A stretch of 64,000 nt of DNA from Nannocystales bacterium (GCA_050633305.1 JBOEGF010000014.1:363436-427435); one strand, 5' to 3'; shown: positions 39,731-50,288, counted from the stretch's first letter. Made by a program: numbers and translations. The notes: generated by a model from the sequence alone, not told the origin.

Positions 39731-41161
39731 ATGACGATGATGAACCGACGATGGATGATGGGGGTCGTGGCGTTGAGCGCTACGGCGGGATGTACACCGG
39801 TAGAGGTCGACACTGCCGAGCCGGAGCCTCTGGCGGTGGCGAACGGGCCAGATGAGGCCCCCGCCAAGGCAGACTCGATGCAGTCGACGACTCCGTCGCA
39901 AGCGGGGAGCCTGTCGGTCGAGGTCGTCCCGCAGTACGGCAAAGTCCTTGCTGGGACTGCTGGGCATCTCGACGTACTGGTCCGGGTTCAAGCGGTCGAG
40001 GTTCCAGGGGGCGAGCGTCCTCCGCTCGACCTGGCGCTCGTTCTCGACCGGAGCGGGAGCATGGCCGGGGAGAAGCTCGCGGCGGCGAAACAGGCGGCCA
40101 TGGAGACGATCCGTAAACTCGACCCGGAAGACCGCATGACCTTCATCTCGTACGACGACCGGGTCAACGTGCACACCCACCGCGCGAAGGTGGGCAACGG
40201 CAAAGCACTTCGGCGAGCGGTGCTCCGGGTCACCGATGGGGGAGGGACAGCGCTCGGTCCGGCTCTACGGAGCGGGTTGAACGAGCTGACCCATGCGCAG
40301 CGGGGGGACGACGCCCTCGCCCACCTGATGTTGCTCAGCGACGGGTTGGCCAACGAAGGCGAATCCCGACCCGAAGTGCTGGCGAACTGGACGTCGAAGG
40401 CGTTCGGCGAAGGCGTCGCAACGACGACGCTTGGGGTCGGGCTCGACTACAACGAAGACTTGATGACGCGGATCGCCGATGCAGGGGGCGGCCGGTACCA
40501 TTTCATCGAGACTGGGGAGCAGGTCCCCGAGGTCCTGGCGGATGAGTTTGCGGGACTCACCGCGACCGTGGCCCGCAACGTCACGTTCGAAGTCGACGCC
40601 GCGCCGGGCATCGAAGCCGGAGAGATCCCCGGCTACCCCAACGTCGTGGATGGAGATGTCGTCATGGCCAAAGTCGGCTCGATCTCCGCGGGTCGGAAGC
40701 GCGAGCTGCTGGTGCGGATGGACTACCAGCCGCCCCAGGGGGACACGATGGCGCTTGGCTCCTACACGCTACGGTTTCGCGATGTCCTCGACGAGGGGGC
40801 TCCCGTCGAGATCGTGATCAAGCCAACCGTCGCGGTCACGCAGGATGCCGCCGAGGCCGAGGCATCCGAGAACTACGCCGTGACCGTTCGAGCACAGGAA
40901 CTCGACGTCGCGTCCGCGCTTCAGGCGGCAAGCGAACAGGTCGACCAAGGGAACTACGAGGAGGCCCGTCGAGATCTCAAGCGCAAGACAGAAGCGCTGC
41001 AACAGCAGGCGGCCGAGAATCCGGAGGTCGACTACGCGCCGATGCTGGATGACCTCCAGGAGGCCGAGGGCGACCTGAATCGCGCCAAGGAGAGCGTCCA
41101 GGAGCGCAAGCGCTACCAGAAGAAGAACAAAGCCAAGGCCTACAAGAAGCGCAAGAAGTAG
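39731..41161 (+). CDS. VWA domain lipoprotein (YfbK/Ca-activated chloride channel homologue family)
   Basis: SD GGAG; lipobox TAGC; MIDAS DRSGSM, GGGTAL, LLSDGLANEG, GVGLDYNEDLM. Confidence 0.92.
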   Translation: MTMMNRRWMMGVVALSATAGCTPVEVDTAEPEPLAVANGPDEAPAKADSMQSTTPSQAGSLSVEVVPQYGKVLAGTAGHLDVLVRVQAVEVPGGERPPLDLALVLDRSGSMAGEKLAAAKQAAMETIRKLDPEDRMTFISYDDRVNVHTHRAKVGNGKALRRAVLRVTDGGGTALGPALRSGLNELTHAQRGDDALAHLMLLSDGLANEGESRPEVLANWTSKAFGEGVATTTLGVGLDYNEDLMTRIADAGGGRYHFIETGEQVPEVLADEFAGLTATVARNVTFEVDAAPGIEAGEIPGYPNVVDGDVVMAKVGSISAGRKRELLVRMDYQPPQGDTMALGSYTLRFRDVLDEGAPVEIVIKPTVAVTQDAAEAEASENYAVTVRAQELDVASALQAASEQVDQGNYEEARRDLKRKTEALQQQAAENPEVDYAPMLDDLQEAEGDLNRAKESVQERKRYQKKNKAKAYKKRKK

Positions 41162-41200
41162 GACTTGCCGGTGAGGTCGTCGCGGTGTGTCATGCCCGCG

Positions 41201-43261
41201 ATGAACCTCCGCGCCAGTGTCGGTCTCGCGTCGCTCTTGCTCGCGCTCGGTTGCGCACCGCCCAACGCGGCGACGCCCTATCCTTCCGCGCCACCGGAGG
41301 TGGGGAGCGCATCGCCAGCGCAAGAGGCCGAGCCCGTGGCAGCACCGGAGCCGGAGGTTCAGGGCATTGCCAGCTACTTCGAGCGGGAGGTCGACCTCGC
41401 TCCGTTCCTCGCTGGCTTTCCGTACGGCCGCATGCGGCCGGACCTCAAGACCGGGAAGCTCTTCTATTACGAACTCGGTGAGCAGTACGCGCTGAAGATG
41501 CTCGACATCCCGAAGTCGGGCACCTGGGATCTGAGCGCGGGCGAGTCGATCTCCGATGTGGACTGGTCCAAGCGAAGCCTGTGGGGGATTCACCACCACG
41601 AGGATTCCAACACGCTATGGCTTCACGCCGACGAGTCGAACGACGAGGTCATGAACCTGTGGACGCTCGACCTGGGCTCGGGCGCGCTCGAGCAGGTGAC
41701 GCACCACGACTACGTCTACGGGTTGGGGTTCAGCGAGGACGAAACCCAGGTGGCCTACCTCCCTCGCAAGGGAAAAAAGGCGCCGTTCTCGACGTGCCTT
41801 CGGGTGCGAGACGTCAAGACCGGGGGGGAGCGTGAGGTGGTCTGCGACTCGCCGGACCTCACGTTCACGTGGTCCGACATCCGGTTCACCCCCGACGGCA
41901 ACGAGGTGTTCTTCAACGCTCAGGTGAAGGGCGATCGCACCAAGGGGCAGCTCGTGCGAGTTGACCTCCGCAAGAAGGCACCGAAGGTTCAGCTCGTCAC
42001 CAACACCAAGGTTTCGCGCAACTCGCCGTCTCCGCTCGAGGGCTGGAGCGGCAACGAACTGCTCTACACCGCCAACGACGACGGCTACTCCAACCTCTAC
42101 GCCTACGACCGGGTCACCAAGAAGACGCGGCAGGTCACCCGGTTCAAGGAGGACCTCTCGGCCGAACGCAGTGGAGACAAGGTCATGGGCGTCCACAAAA
42201 CGCCGGCGGGGTCCACGGTCGTTCTCATCGACCCGAAGTCCTCGAAGGTCCTGCAGACGCGAAAGCTCCCCGGGTCCGTTTCGCTCAGCGACGTCCATGG
42301 TGACCGCGCGTACCTGACCCAAACATCCCCCGACATCTACCTGGAGGGGTACTCGATGCGGCGCGGGGGGGAGTCGCTCGGCGACATGGAGACCGTGCTC
42401 GCCCTGGAACCAGAACTCCAGAAGCGGATCGTGGCCTGCAAAGCCAGCACCGTGAAGATCCCGACCTTCGACAAGGATCCGAAGACCGGCAAGACCCGGC
42501 AGCTCCACGCGTTCTTGCTCGAGCCGCGCGACCCGGTGCCGCAAGAGCAGCGCATGGCGATGATTACCGCCTTCTACGGGGGCTCCAACGGCTACAGCAA
42601 GTTCGACAACATCATGTGCGCGGCGGGTCTCACCGTGCTCTCGCCAGCTGTTCGTGGAAGCTCCGGCTTCGGCAAGGACTTCTACTCGCTCAACGACAAG
42701 GACCTCGGCGGGGACGAGATCGTCGATGTGCTCTACGCTGCGCGGTGGCTGGAGGAGCACACCGGGTTGTCCGCGCGCCGGATCGGCGTCAAGGGAGGGA
42801 GCCACGGTGGCTACGCAACGATGCGCGCGCTGACCTACCCCGCGGCGACCAATGGCCGCAACGAGTCCTACCCGCTGGGCTTCGGCATGGCGCACGCGGG
42901 CTTCAGCGACATCAAGACTTTCTACGACGCGACCAACATCCCCGACTGGGTCGCCCTCGAGAGCGGGGATCCCAACGTCCCCGCGGAGCTGGCCCGGATG
43001 AAGGACCGTTCGCCCATGCAGCACGTCGACCTCCTGCGCGCGCCGCTGCTGCTGACCCACGGCAGCAAGGACTGGCGGGTCCCGGTGGACGAGAGCCGGC
43101 AGTTCGCGAAGGCAGCTCGCGACCTGAAGAAGCCCGTGCAGTACGTCGAGATCGACGGCCAGGGCCACCACATCGAAGGGCTTTCGCTTCAGGTGCAGGT
43201 GTACCAAGCGCGGTTCGATTTCTTGGCTGCGGTGGCGAAAGCGGCCGCAGGCGCACAGTAG
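41201..43261 (+). CDS. S9 prolyl-oligopeptidase-family lipoprotein (beta-propeller plus alpha/beta hydrolase)
   Basis: Lipobox ALGC; TolB-like propeller repeats; GGSHGG nucleophile, HGSKDWRV, GQGHHI. Confidence 0.92.
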   Translation: MNLRASVGLASLLLALGCAPPNAATPYPSAPPEVGSASPAQEAEPVAAPEPEVQGIASYFEREVDLAPFLAGFPYGRMRPDLKTGKLFYYELGEQYALKMLDIPKSGTWDLSAGESISDVDWSKRSLWGIHHHEDSNTLWLHADESNDEVMNLWTLDLGSGALEQVTHHDYVYGLGFSEDETQVAYLPRKGKKAPFSTCLRVRDVKTGGEREVVCDSPDLTFTWSDIRFTPDGNEVFFNAQVKGDRTKGQLVRVDLRKKAPKVQLVTNTKVSRNSPSPLEGWSGNELLYTANDDGYSNLYAYDRVTKKTRQVTRFKEDLSAERSGDKVMGVHKTPAGSTVVLIDPKSSKVLQTRKLPGSVSLSDVHGDRAYLTQTSPDIYLEGYSMRRGGESLGDMETVLALEPELQKRIVACKASTVKIPTFDKDPKTGKTRQLHAFLLEPRDPVPQEQRMAMITAFYGGSNGYSKFDNIMCAAGLTVLSPAVRGSSGFGKDFYSLNDKDLGGDEIVDVLYAARWLEEHTGLSARRIGVKGGSHGGYATMRALTYPAATNGRNESYPLGFGMAHAGFSDIKTFYDATNIPDWVALESGDPNVPAELARMKDRSPMQHVDLLRAPLLLTHGSKDWRVPVDESRQFAKAARDLKKPVQYVEIDGQGHHIEGLSLQVQVYQARFDFLAAVAKAAAGAQ

Positions 43262-43274
43262 GTCCCGCGAGCCG

Positions 43275-44366
43275 ATGGACCCAATCACGATCGCTCTGAT
43301 CGCCGCCGGTGCTGTTGCCGGCACTGGCGGTGTCGCGGCATGGTGGGCCCGGCGGAACGCACAGCTTCGTCATGAGGCGATGCGCCGGGCGGTGGAGACC
43401 TCGATCCCATGCGGCAGCGATGCGCCCGTGAGTTTGCTTGATCTGTTTTGGGATCTGGGCGCGAGCGACTTCGCGTTGGAGATGCTCGCCCACGGGCAGC
43501 TGTTACTCGATGAGCCCGCGCAACTGTCCTCGCTGATGCGGGAGTTGCCGAGCCGGATCGCCGAGGCGGGTTCGTATCGCGCGCTGGTCGACGAGCTTCT
43601 CGAGGCGATCAGCGTGTACTCGCAAGAGCATCGCGGTGCCGGAGACCGGCGGGCAATCCCGGCTCTTGCCGCACCTGCGGTCAAGGCCCTTCCTGCCGCG
43701 GGCGGATCGGGCGGCACTCCGATGCGCCTCGCCTCGCGAGACTGGGAGGGCTGGCGGACCGGGCAGACCCGGGGTGCGTTGGTTGCAGAACCAGTTGCGG
43801 CGACCGACCTCGAGAATGCGCTGAGTACCGGCGTTGGCTCGCTCCTGTCTGGTCTGTTCGAGGGCAACTTCGGCCAGGAGTTCAAACGCTGGAATGCGCA
43901 GCGCGAAGCGAAACGGCTTCGGGACGAACTGGATCGCGCGCTGGAGGATCTGCTGCGCCCGTACTTGGAACACGTGGCCCACGATGCTCGGGCGCACGAG
44001 TTTTTGCGCGATGCGTCGCACCGTTGGAAGGCGGAGGCGAACCGGATCGAAGTGCTGCGCGGGGCAGGGGCGTTCCGCGATCGGTCGTGGGCAACCTGTG
44101 CCGACACACTGCTGGAGGCCTCGTCGGGATTGGCCGCGACGATGGCCGACGCTGCCGAGCGCAACGTCACCGAGACGCTCGCTCGGATCGACGAGCTGGC
44201 GGCCGGGGACCGCAAGGCGATGGCAGGCTACTTGGTGTACGTGAATCGCCACGCGCTGTTCGTTGGACGCATGTCGGTTTGCGAGGACGAGGTCGTGGCG
44301 GTGGAGCGAGCGAGTGCGGCGCTGCGGGTGCAGTTGCTGCAACTCGAGCGCAAGGGCCTGGCTTGA
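43275..44366 (+). CDS. Hypothetical N-terminally anchored helical protein
   Basis: N-terminal TM helix followed by WWARR; coiled-coil-like C-terminal half; 13 nt after the S9 gene. Confidence 0.7.
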   Translation: MDPITIALIAAGAVAGTGGVAAWWARRNAQLRHEAMRRAVETSIPCGSDAPVSLLDLFWDLGASDFALEMLAHGQLLLDEPAQLSSLMRELPSRIAEAGSYRALVDELLEAISVYSQEHRGAGDRRAIPALAAPAVKALPAAGGSGGTPMRLASRDWEGWRTGQTRGALVAEPVAATDLENALSTGVGSLLSGLFEGNFGQEFKRWNAQREAKRLRDELDRALEDLLRPYLEHVAHDARAHEFLRDASHRWKAEANRIEVLRGAGAFRDRSWATCADTLLEASSGLAATMADAAERNVTETLARIDELAAGDRKAMAGYLVYVNRHALFVGRMSVCEDEVVAVERASAALRVQLLQLERKGLA

Positions 44367-44411
44367 GCAGCCGGTTTGCGTGCTGACCATCGTGGGCGGT
44401 ACCGTTGGTCG

Positions 44412-45320
44412 GTGGGTTGCGGAAGGTGGATGGTCGGCTCCGTGTGGCTTGCGATGAGCGCATGTGGTCCGACGGTATCCACGTCGTCAAGCGGGGCCGC
44501 GGATGGGACCGCAGTCTCGACCACGGGCACGAGCGGCGCAGACACGGGCACGACGTTGCCAGGGGGCACGTCGGTGTCGACTCTCTCCACCACCTCGACG
44601 ATCGGTCCTGTCGACCCCGGCACGGATGATGACTCCAGCGGCGGTTTCTTCGGGTTTGACTGCGGAGTCTATGCCGAGCCGGGAGTCCAGGCCCACTGCA
44701 TCGGCACGCCCTGCAGTGTCTTCGAGCAGGACTGCGGAGGGACCTCCAAGTGCGTCCCAATCCCCAGTGGCGAGCTCCGATACAGCGGTCGGCAATGCGT
44801 TTCGGTGGGATCCGAGCCGGGCCTCGCCGGCGATGTCTGTTCGCCAGGCGGCGGGTTCGACGGGTGTGACTACGGACTGATGTGCTACCTCGTCAATGCA
44901 GACACCGAAGAGGGCATCTGCACCCCTTTGTGCGAAGGGACGGAGGACGAGCCTACTTGCGCGGCGGCGGGGACGGCTTGTTTCGATGAGGTGCCTGTAT
45001 GCATGGCGCAGTGCGACCCGCTCATGCCGGATGCGTGCGGAGCCGGCCAAACGTGCGCCTGCACGAACGCGGACGGCCCGTGCCAGTGCGTCCAGCAAGC
45101 CACGCTTCCGGCCGAGCCTCTCGAAGACTGCGGATTCCCCGGAGAGTGCGCCGATGGTCTGGCATGCGCGCCCACGGGCAGTCTCGACTGCACGGGGGCG
45201 TCGTGCTGCACACCCTACTGCGATCTGGCGATGCCCAACACCTGCCCGGAGATCGACGCCGGTCAGCTGTGTTCACCACTGTTCGGCGACGAAGGCGGAG
45301 TCGGGGTCTGCAGCTTCTAG
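44412..45320 (+). CDS. Cys-rich lipoprotein with Thr-rich linker (Nannocystaceae-type expanded family)
   Basis: Lipobox MSAC; CSVFEQDC...KCVP, CDPL..DAC, CCTPYCDL modules; GTG start 6 nt after TACCGT. Confidence 0.8.
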   Translation: MGCGRWMVGSVWLAMSACGPTVSTSSSGAADGTAVSTTGTSGADTGTTLPGGTSVSTLSTTSTIGPVDPGTDDDSSGGFFGFDCGVYAEPGVQAHCIGTPCSVFEQDCGGTSKCVPIPSGELRYSGRQCVSVGSEPGLAGDVCSPGGGFDGCDYGLMCYLVNADTEEGICTPLCEGTEDEPTCAAAGTACFDEVPVCMAQCDPLMPDACGAGQTCACTNADGPCQCVQQATLPAEPLEDCGFPGECADGLACAPTGSLDCTGASCCTPYCDLAMPNTCPEIDAGQLCSPLFGDEGGVGVCSF

Positions 45321-45537
45321 CGACTTCAAATCACTGCACCCGCGGTCCCCCGGCGAACGTGCCAGGGGGACTCCGCCATCGCGTTGTCGGGCTGGGCGCC
45401 ATGGCCGACCAGCTCTGCGCGAATGCAGATGCGTTGAGGAGACAGAGACCGAGGAGACCCTCGACGCACTCCTCGCGGTCGGGGGTATGCTGCGGCCGAG
45501 GATCCGGGAGGGACGGTCGCCGGGGCCGACCTCGGAT

Positions 45538-46002
45538 CTACGCGGCCGTGGCGGAGAGACCACCGGCGAGGTGGTTCGACAGTCCCGCGAGCGCGGTGTC
45601 GAACGCCTTGCCGAGCATGCGCTTCATCATCAGCGTGTTGACGACCCAACCGAACGGGCCGTACTGCACGCCATACACCACGGAAAACGTCACCTCGGTC
45701 TCGGTTGCCGACGCTTGGGCGACGCGGATGGTGACCACGGCGTCCTGCATGAGCGGAACCTCGGTCATCGACATCTGCACGTACTCGTGTTCGGACTGCT
45801 CGGTGACGGTCTCGACCGCTCCGCCGCCCCCGTGAAACTCGACCCGTCGGGACGCGCCGATGCCGACATCGTGGTCGGTGAGGACTTTGGCCGCAGCGAC
45901 GTTGGGGTGCCAATCCGCGACGGCCCCCATGCGGGAGATCGCCGTCCACGCGGCTTCGATGGGTGCGGGAATGACGAGGGACTTCTGAACTTGGTGTGCC
46001 AT
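45538..46002 (-). CDS. SRPBCC (polyketide cyclase/dehydrase) family protein
   Basis: IPAPIEAAWTAIS...WHPNV...GIGASRRVEF...ETVTE. Confidence 0.85.
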   Translation of the reverse strand: MAHQVQKSLVIPAPIEAAWTAISRMGAVADWHPNVAAAKVLTDHDVGIGASRRVEFHGGGGAVETVTEQSEHEYVQMSMTEVPLMQDAVVTIRVAQASATETEVTFSVVYGVQYGPFGWVVNTLMMKRMLGKAFDTALAGLSNHLAGGLSATAA

Positions 46003-46245
46003 TTTGGACTCTTGGAGCGGCGCTGCTTGGCCTGCTCACCTCGGAGACACATCCCAGCGTCGACCGTGACCGTTCGGGTCAGTGTTTTTCACTTTTTTCT
46101 CGGCGATGCCTCTAGCGTGCTCTCAGAGCGTATTGAGGGCCGCTTTGGGAGCGCGGTGCAGCTTGGGCCTGCCGAGAGGGCGAACAGTGCGCCAGGTCTC
46201 AGGTCCGCGTGAATCCACCCCCGCAGGTTCGCGTCTGCGGGAGAC

Positions 46246-46884
46246 ATGCATGTACGGCACCTGTGCTTGGTTCCCCTTCTGGTTTCCCTTGCCGCTTGCA
46301 AGGCTCTGACCGTGCCCGCGGGTCTCGAGGCGAGCGCGACCAAGATGCCCGTGGAGCGGGTGGACCGGAAAACCATGGCCTTTGGGGCGTACGACGTGAC
46401 CGAGGTGCGACGTGGGATGGCAGTGGGCGCCGAAGGAGGTATCGGGGGCGTGAGCGGGAAGCAGGATCAGCGACGGTTCTCGTTCACCCTGCAGCGGGAG
46501 GGCGACTCCTACGCGGTGACATGCAAGCGAAAGGGGTCCTCGGTGTCCGTGGGGGACTTCGCCGTCGATTCGAAAGAGGCGGTGGAGTGTGACCTGGCCT
46601 CTGGCGATGCTCCATGGTCGATCACGTTGGCTGGAGAAAAGAAGGGGGAGGTCCGCGGTCACCTCCGTCAAGGCGACCGAAAGATCTCCATTTCGCCGGC
46701 CCACGGCGGGATGTTCGGTCCACGCGGCTACTACATCCGCGAGGACCAAGAGATCGCTGCTGTGGATGTTGGGCGAAAGAGCAAGACGGTCTGGGTTCGC
46801 AACGAACTCGAACCGAAGTTCGCGCTCGCCCTGGCTGCAACGTGCACGGCGTTGATGCTGTACGACAACGGGCAGTCAGGCTGA
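46246..46884 (+). CDS. Hypothetical lipoprotein
   Basis: SD GGAG; lipobox LAAC; beta-rich with a C-terminal hydrophobic helix. Confidence 0.7.
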   Translation: MHVRHLCLVPLLVSLAACKALTVPAGLEASATKMPVERVDRKTMAFGAYDVTEVRRGMAVGAEGGIGGVSGKQDQRRFSFTLQREGDSYAVTCKRKGSSVSVGDFAVDSKEAVECDLASGDAPWSITLAGEKKGEVRGHLRQGDRKISISPAHGGMFGPRGYYIREDQEIAAVDVGRKSKTVWVRNELEPKFALALAATCTALMLYDNGQSG

Positions 46885-46907
46885 GCCGCGAGCCCAATCT
46901 CGCCACT

Positions 46908-47744
46908 CTAGGCCGAGTCGAATCTACAGCTTGCGTCGGTCTCCGAGAGCCACACGTGAAGCACACCCGCATCGCCGAACCGGACGTCGAAGAAGTCGCT
47001 CGCGAGGGCGTACGCATAGGTCATCGACCCGTTACCGTGTGGGCTCGAGCGTAGAAGTCGATCCTCGGCGCCAGAGATCGGAAAACCACCGATCTTGCTC
47101 CCCGGATGCAGCGCCGACGCCAGTCCATAGGCGTCCAACTCGTGAGGTAGTGCGGCGAAGTCTTCAGCTTCGTGCCAATCGTGCCATCGTCCATTCTCGT
47201 TGTACCCCGTGGACTCGAACAACTCGGGGAGGATGTCGAGAAACGGCTGGCCCTGGACCGGGACAAGGGCCTCCGCCGCGATGTGCCATACCGCGGCCAC
47301 ATCGGCCGTCTGGGGGTCGATTCGACCTACACGAACCGCGGCGTCACCGAGATTCCAAAACCCGGTCTCGTCGAAGTCGGGATGTGTGCAGACGGTGACC
47401 CACCGAGGGCCAACGCCCGGTGGCGGGGGCACGACCGCCGCGAACTCGTAGCCGTCTCGTGGCGGTGGGAGCGGGCACCGATACCGTTGGGCGAGCGCCC
47501 GCATCGCGGTCTGCTCCTTGGTCCACGCGGTCTCTCCCCCATCGGCTGGGGCCTCGCGCGTGGCGACTGAAGCGACGGCTCGGCCAACGGCGGCCCAGTG
47601 CGTGGAGTCTGGCGCGGGGTTGTCAGGTGTCCACCAGTCGCAGTCGGGGTCGGCGTCGACCCGAACCCGCCCGCGCACCGCGGCGAGAGGATCCGAGGTC
47701 CTGCGGTCGGGCAGCAAGGCTGTCGCAGAGGTTGAAATTCGCAT
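46908..47744 (-). CDS. DUF1963/YwqG-like protein
   Basis: SKIGGFP and FGDAGVLHVWL motifs, plus an earlier WNLGDAA copy. Confidence 0.6.
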   Translation of the reverse strand: MRISTSATALLPDRRTSDPLAAVRGRVRVDADPDCDWWTPDNPAPDSTHWAAVGRAVASVATREAPADGGETAWTKEQTAMRALAQRYRCPLPPPRDGYEFAAVVPPPPGVGPRWVTVCTHPDFDETGFWNLGDAAVRVGRIDPQTADVAAVWHIAAEALVPVQGQPFLDILPELFESTGYNENGRWHDWHEAEDFAALPHELDAYGLASALHPGSKIGGFPISGAEDRLLRSSPHGNGSMTYAYALASDFFDVRFGDAGVLHVWLSETDASCRFDSA

Positions 47745-48020
47745 GGCGTCGTTTCCGCGTCCTCAACGACGAGAGGCGAGCCGCCATGTTGCAGGTCGCC
47801 GGCGCGCGCGAGTTTCTTCGGGCGGCTCGGGTGCACCCCAACCTCCGCAAAGACGCGGCGGATGGGCCTCGGTCGCGCGCGGTTGTTGGCATGCGAGCCG
47901 GCCCATCCCCATTCTCGGCGTTGGGGGAGTAAGCGCTTGTCTTTACGGATGAATTGTACCGACCTGGGCCGCGAGTTGTCGGTTCGTGCCGGCTCCATAG
48001 ACTCAGAACAGCGCCCTGCC

Positions 48021-50288
48021 ATGTCCGACAAGAACGACAGTACGAAGTCCGTGCGATCCGCCCGCAACCAGAAAGAGGGGTCGGATCAAGAGGTCGGGGG
48101 GCTGTCCGCGGCCAAACTGCGCACGCTTGGCGCGCGACTGATGAAGCTCCGTGACGACTCCCGCATCTTCCACGCGCTGGAAACCGCCTTGGAGGACGAT
48201 GACGACTGGCGGGCGGTGCTGGTTCATCTCGTCCTGCACGACTTGGTCGATGCCGGGAAGAACGCGTACGTCGCGATCGCGCTCGAACGGGCTCTGTGCT
48301 GGGCGCACAACGAAGGTACCGACATGGCGGCGGAGCTTGACGCGGCGGAGCGAGCCCTTGTGGCAATGCCGAGCAAGGTCAAGTTCGAGGAGACCCCGCT
48401 CCTCCCCAACCTCCCGATCGAGGTTGTCCACTTGGCTGCGTTCCTATCCGTCAAGGCGCCCGATCGGGCGCGCGCGATCTACCCGAACGTCAGCCGCAAC
48501 GTACAGACCGCGCTCGCGTTGTCGCTGGCGCTGGACGAGGCGGCGTTGCCCGAGGGTGCCGCAAAGCCCCTGACTCGGGCCCTAACGCCTTGGATTGGCT
48601 CGTACGCCGACACGGTCCACGGACCGTGGGAGGGGCGGGAGATCGACATTGAGGGCTTGGCAGCGCGTCTCGGGACCGAGGAGACCCTCACCAAGGCGGC
48701 GGCGAAGCTGCTCTCCGGCACGGACCCGAGCATCGACACCACTGTCGGGATCCTCCCGGCGTTGCGGATCGTGCCCAAGGAGGCGGCGCGCAAGGGGTTG
48801 TCTTCGTTCCTGCGTCGGAACGGGAACCCCAGTCAATGGAAGGAGCTCCGTGCGGCTCTCCTGGAACGCCCCGACCTCGAGGAACTCGTGATGGAGCTCG
48901 CGGAGGTGAACGAAGGCGGCAGCGACAGCGAGAAGCTGCTCCTGTTCAATCTCCTGGACTCCGTGCCCGAAGGGGTCGAGCGCTCCGTGTGGTTCTCCAA
49001 ACTCTCGACCGGCGACGAGTTTCTCGTAGAGTACGAACAGTTCCTTCGCACGCTTGGGAGGACCCGGGCGCTCGCGTTGGCCGAGCATGCGTTCACACTG
49101 CCCAAGCACCGACAGGACTGGGTGCTTCTCCTGCATCGGGTGTTTGGGGACGAGGCTCGACCCATCCTGCTCGAGGCCATTCAGCGCGGGCTGCTGCGGT
49201 ACGTCGGCCTCGTGCCGGAGGCCGCACTCGACGTCCTCGAGACTGCCGACCTCAGCGACGAAGAGCGCAGGAAGGCGCGGTTGAAGATCGCGCTGGGTCT
49301 GGGCAAAGCCGGGCAGCCCATTCCCAGCTCGCTCGACAACGTGCTGGGAGAATCTCCGGGGGCTTTGTGCGTCGTTGCGGGGCAGCTCGCAGAGCAGAGG
49401 GCACTTCGCCTGCTCGACCAGTGCATGCTCGCTCATCCGCCGGAAGTCGTGCTCGAGAGTCTGGCCCGGTGCCCCGACGCACCCGAAGCCCTGCGAGAGC
49501 GCGGCATCCAGGGCTTCGTGGAGCGGCGCAAGAAGGTGAAACGGACGGTCGACGCACGTCGAGCCTTGCGCGACATCCCAGGGGCTGCTGAACTGCTCGA
49601 GCGATTCATCGTTGGGCTCGACCCTTCGGAGAAGAAGCTCTTCGGGATCCTGGAGAAGGCGTTCGACGCCGAGACCTACGCCAAGCTTGTCGAAGCTGCG
49701 GGGGGCGAGGCGGAGACGCGGATCCAAAAGTTCCAGCGTCTGAGCGAAGCCGGAGGAAAGACCACGCTGTTCTTCCCCGCCGAAGGGGACCTCGATGCAT
49801 TGGCCGTGCCGTCGTGCAGCTACGCGGGCGGTCCTGCTCCCGCAGGCGTTGAGGCGCCCAGGGGGAGAGAGGAAGCGAAGCAGCACGTGCTTTCGATCGA
49901 CCTCTCGCCGTTCCCCGACCTCGTCCAGGAGTTCGGTGGCGAGACCATGTCTCTGTTCGTGGAGGCGCCGCGCAGTGGCGAATTCAACGATGACGCGACG
50001 TTGGTGTGCTCAGCCAAACTGGGGAGCATCCCCGAGGGTGGACGACCGCTGCAAGTGGGGGCGCTCAACCTGCCCGCGGCACTGCGAGAGTCGGGAAGAA
50101 AGGCCGACCAGCGAGAGCTTCGGGGTCTTCTTCGCCCCATGGATGGGCACGTCTTTGGCCCCGCGTACTGGATTCAGGAGAGCCTCGGCGCGTCCGTGAC
50201 GCTGCAACTCAACGACGCCTACATCAACCTCGGCGATGCGGGGTCGCTCTATATCGGCGACTTCGGAACGACCTGGCAGTGCAGCTGA
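48021..50288 (+). CDS. Large helical protein with C-terminal DUF1963/YwqG-like domain
   Basis: C-terminal SYAGGP...HVLSIDL...HVFGPAYWIQ...LQLN...NLGDAGSLYI...WQCS; long Leu/Ala-rich N-terminal region. Confidence 0.7.
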   Translation: MSDKNDSTKSVRSARNQKEGSDQEVGGLSAAKLRTLGARLMKLRDDSRIFHALETALEDDDDWRAVLVHLVLHDLVDAGKNAYVAIALERALCWAHNEGTDMAAELDAAERALVAMPSKVKFEETPLLPNLPIEVVHLAAFLSVKAPDRARAIYPNVSRNVQTALALSLALDEAALPEGAAKPLTRALTPWIGSYADTVHGPWEGREIDIEGLAARLGTEETLTKAAAKLLSGTDPSIDTTVGILPALRIVPKEAARKGLSSFLRRNGNPSQWKELRAALLERPDLEELVMELAEVNEGGSDSEKLLLFNLLDSVPEGVERSVWFSKLSTGDEFLVEYEQFLRTLGRTRALALAEHAFTLPKHRQDWVLLLHRVFGDEARPILLEAIQRGLLRYVGLVPEAALDVLETADLSDEERRKARLKIALGLGKAGQPIPSSLDNVLGESPGALCVVAGQLAEQRALRLLDQCMLAHPPEVVLESLARCPDAPEALRERGIQGFVERRKKVKRTVDARRALRDIPGAAELLERFIVGLDPSEKKLFGILEKAFDAETYAKLVEAAGGEAETRIQKFQRLSEAGGKTTLFFPAEGDLDALAVPSCSYAGGPAPAGVEAPRGREEAKQHVLSIDLSPFPDLVQEFGGETMSLFVEAPRSGEFNDDATLVCSAKLGSIPEGGRPLQVGALNLPAALRESGRKADQRELRGLLRPMDGHVFGPAYWIQESLGASVTLQLNDAYINLGDAGSLYIGDFGTTWQCS

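Noticed and set aside
39584..40180. N-terminal extension of the 1129-aa kinase ORF (and 39272 start of the VWA ORF)
   Set aside because: The two extensions overlap each other's genes on opposite strands; better starts are GTG 39583 and ATG 39731.
44412..45320. 'Ribulose-phosphate epimerase' label that I recall being attached to similar myxobacterial proteins
   Set aside because: The sequence is a Cys-rich lipoprotein with no TIM-barrel epimerase motifs.
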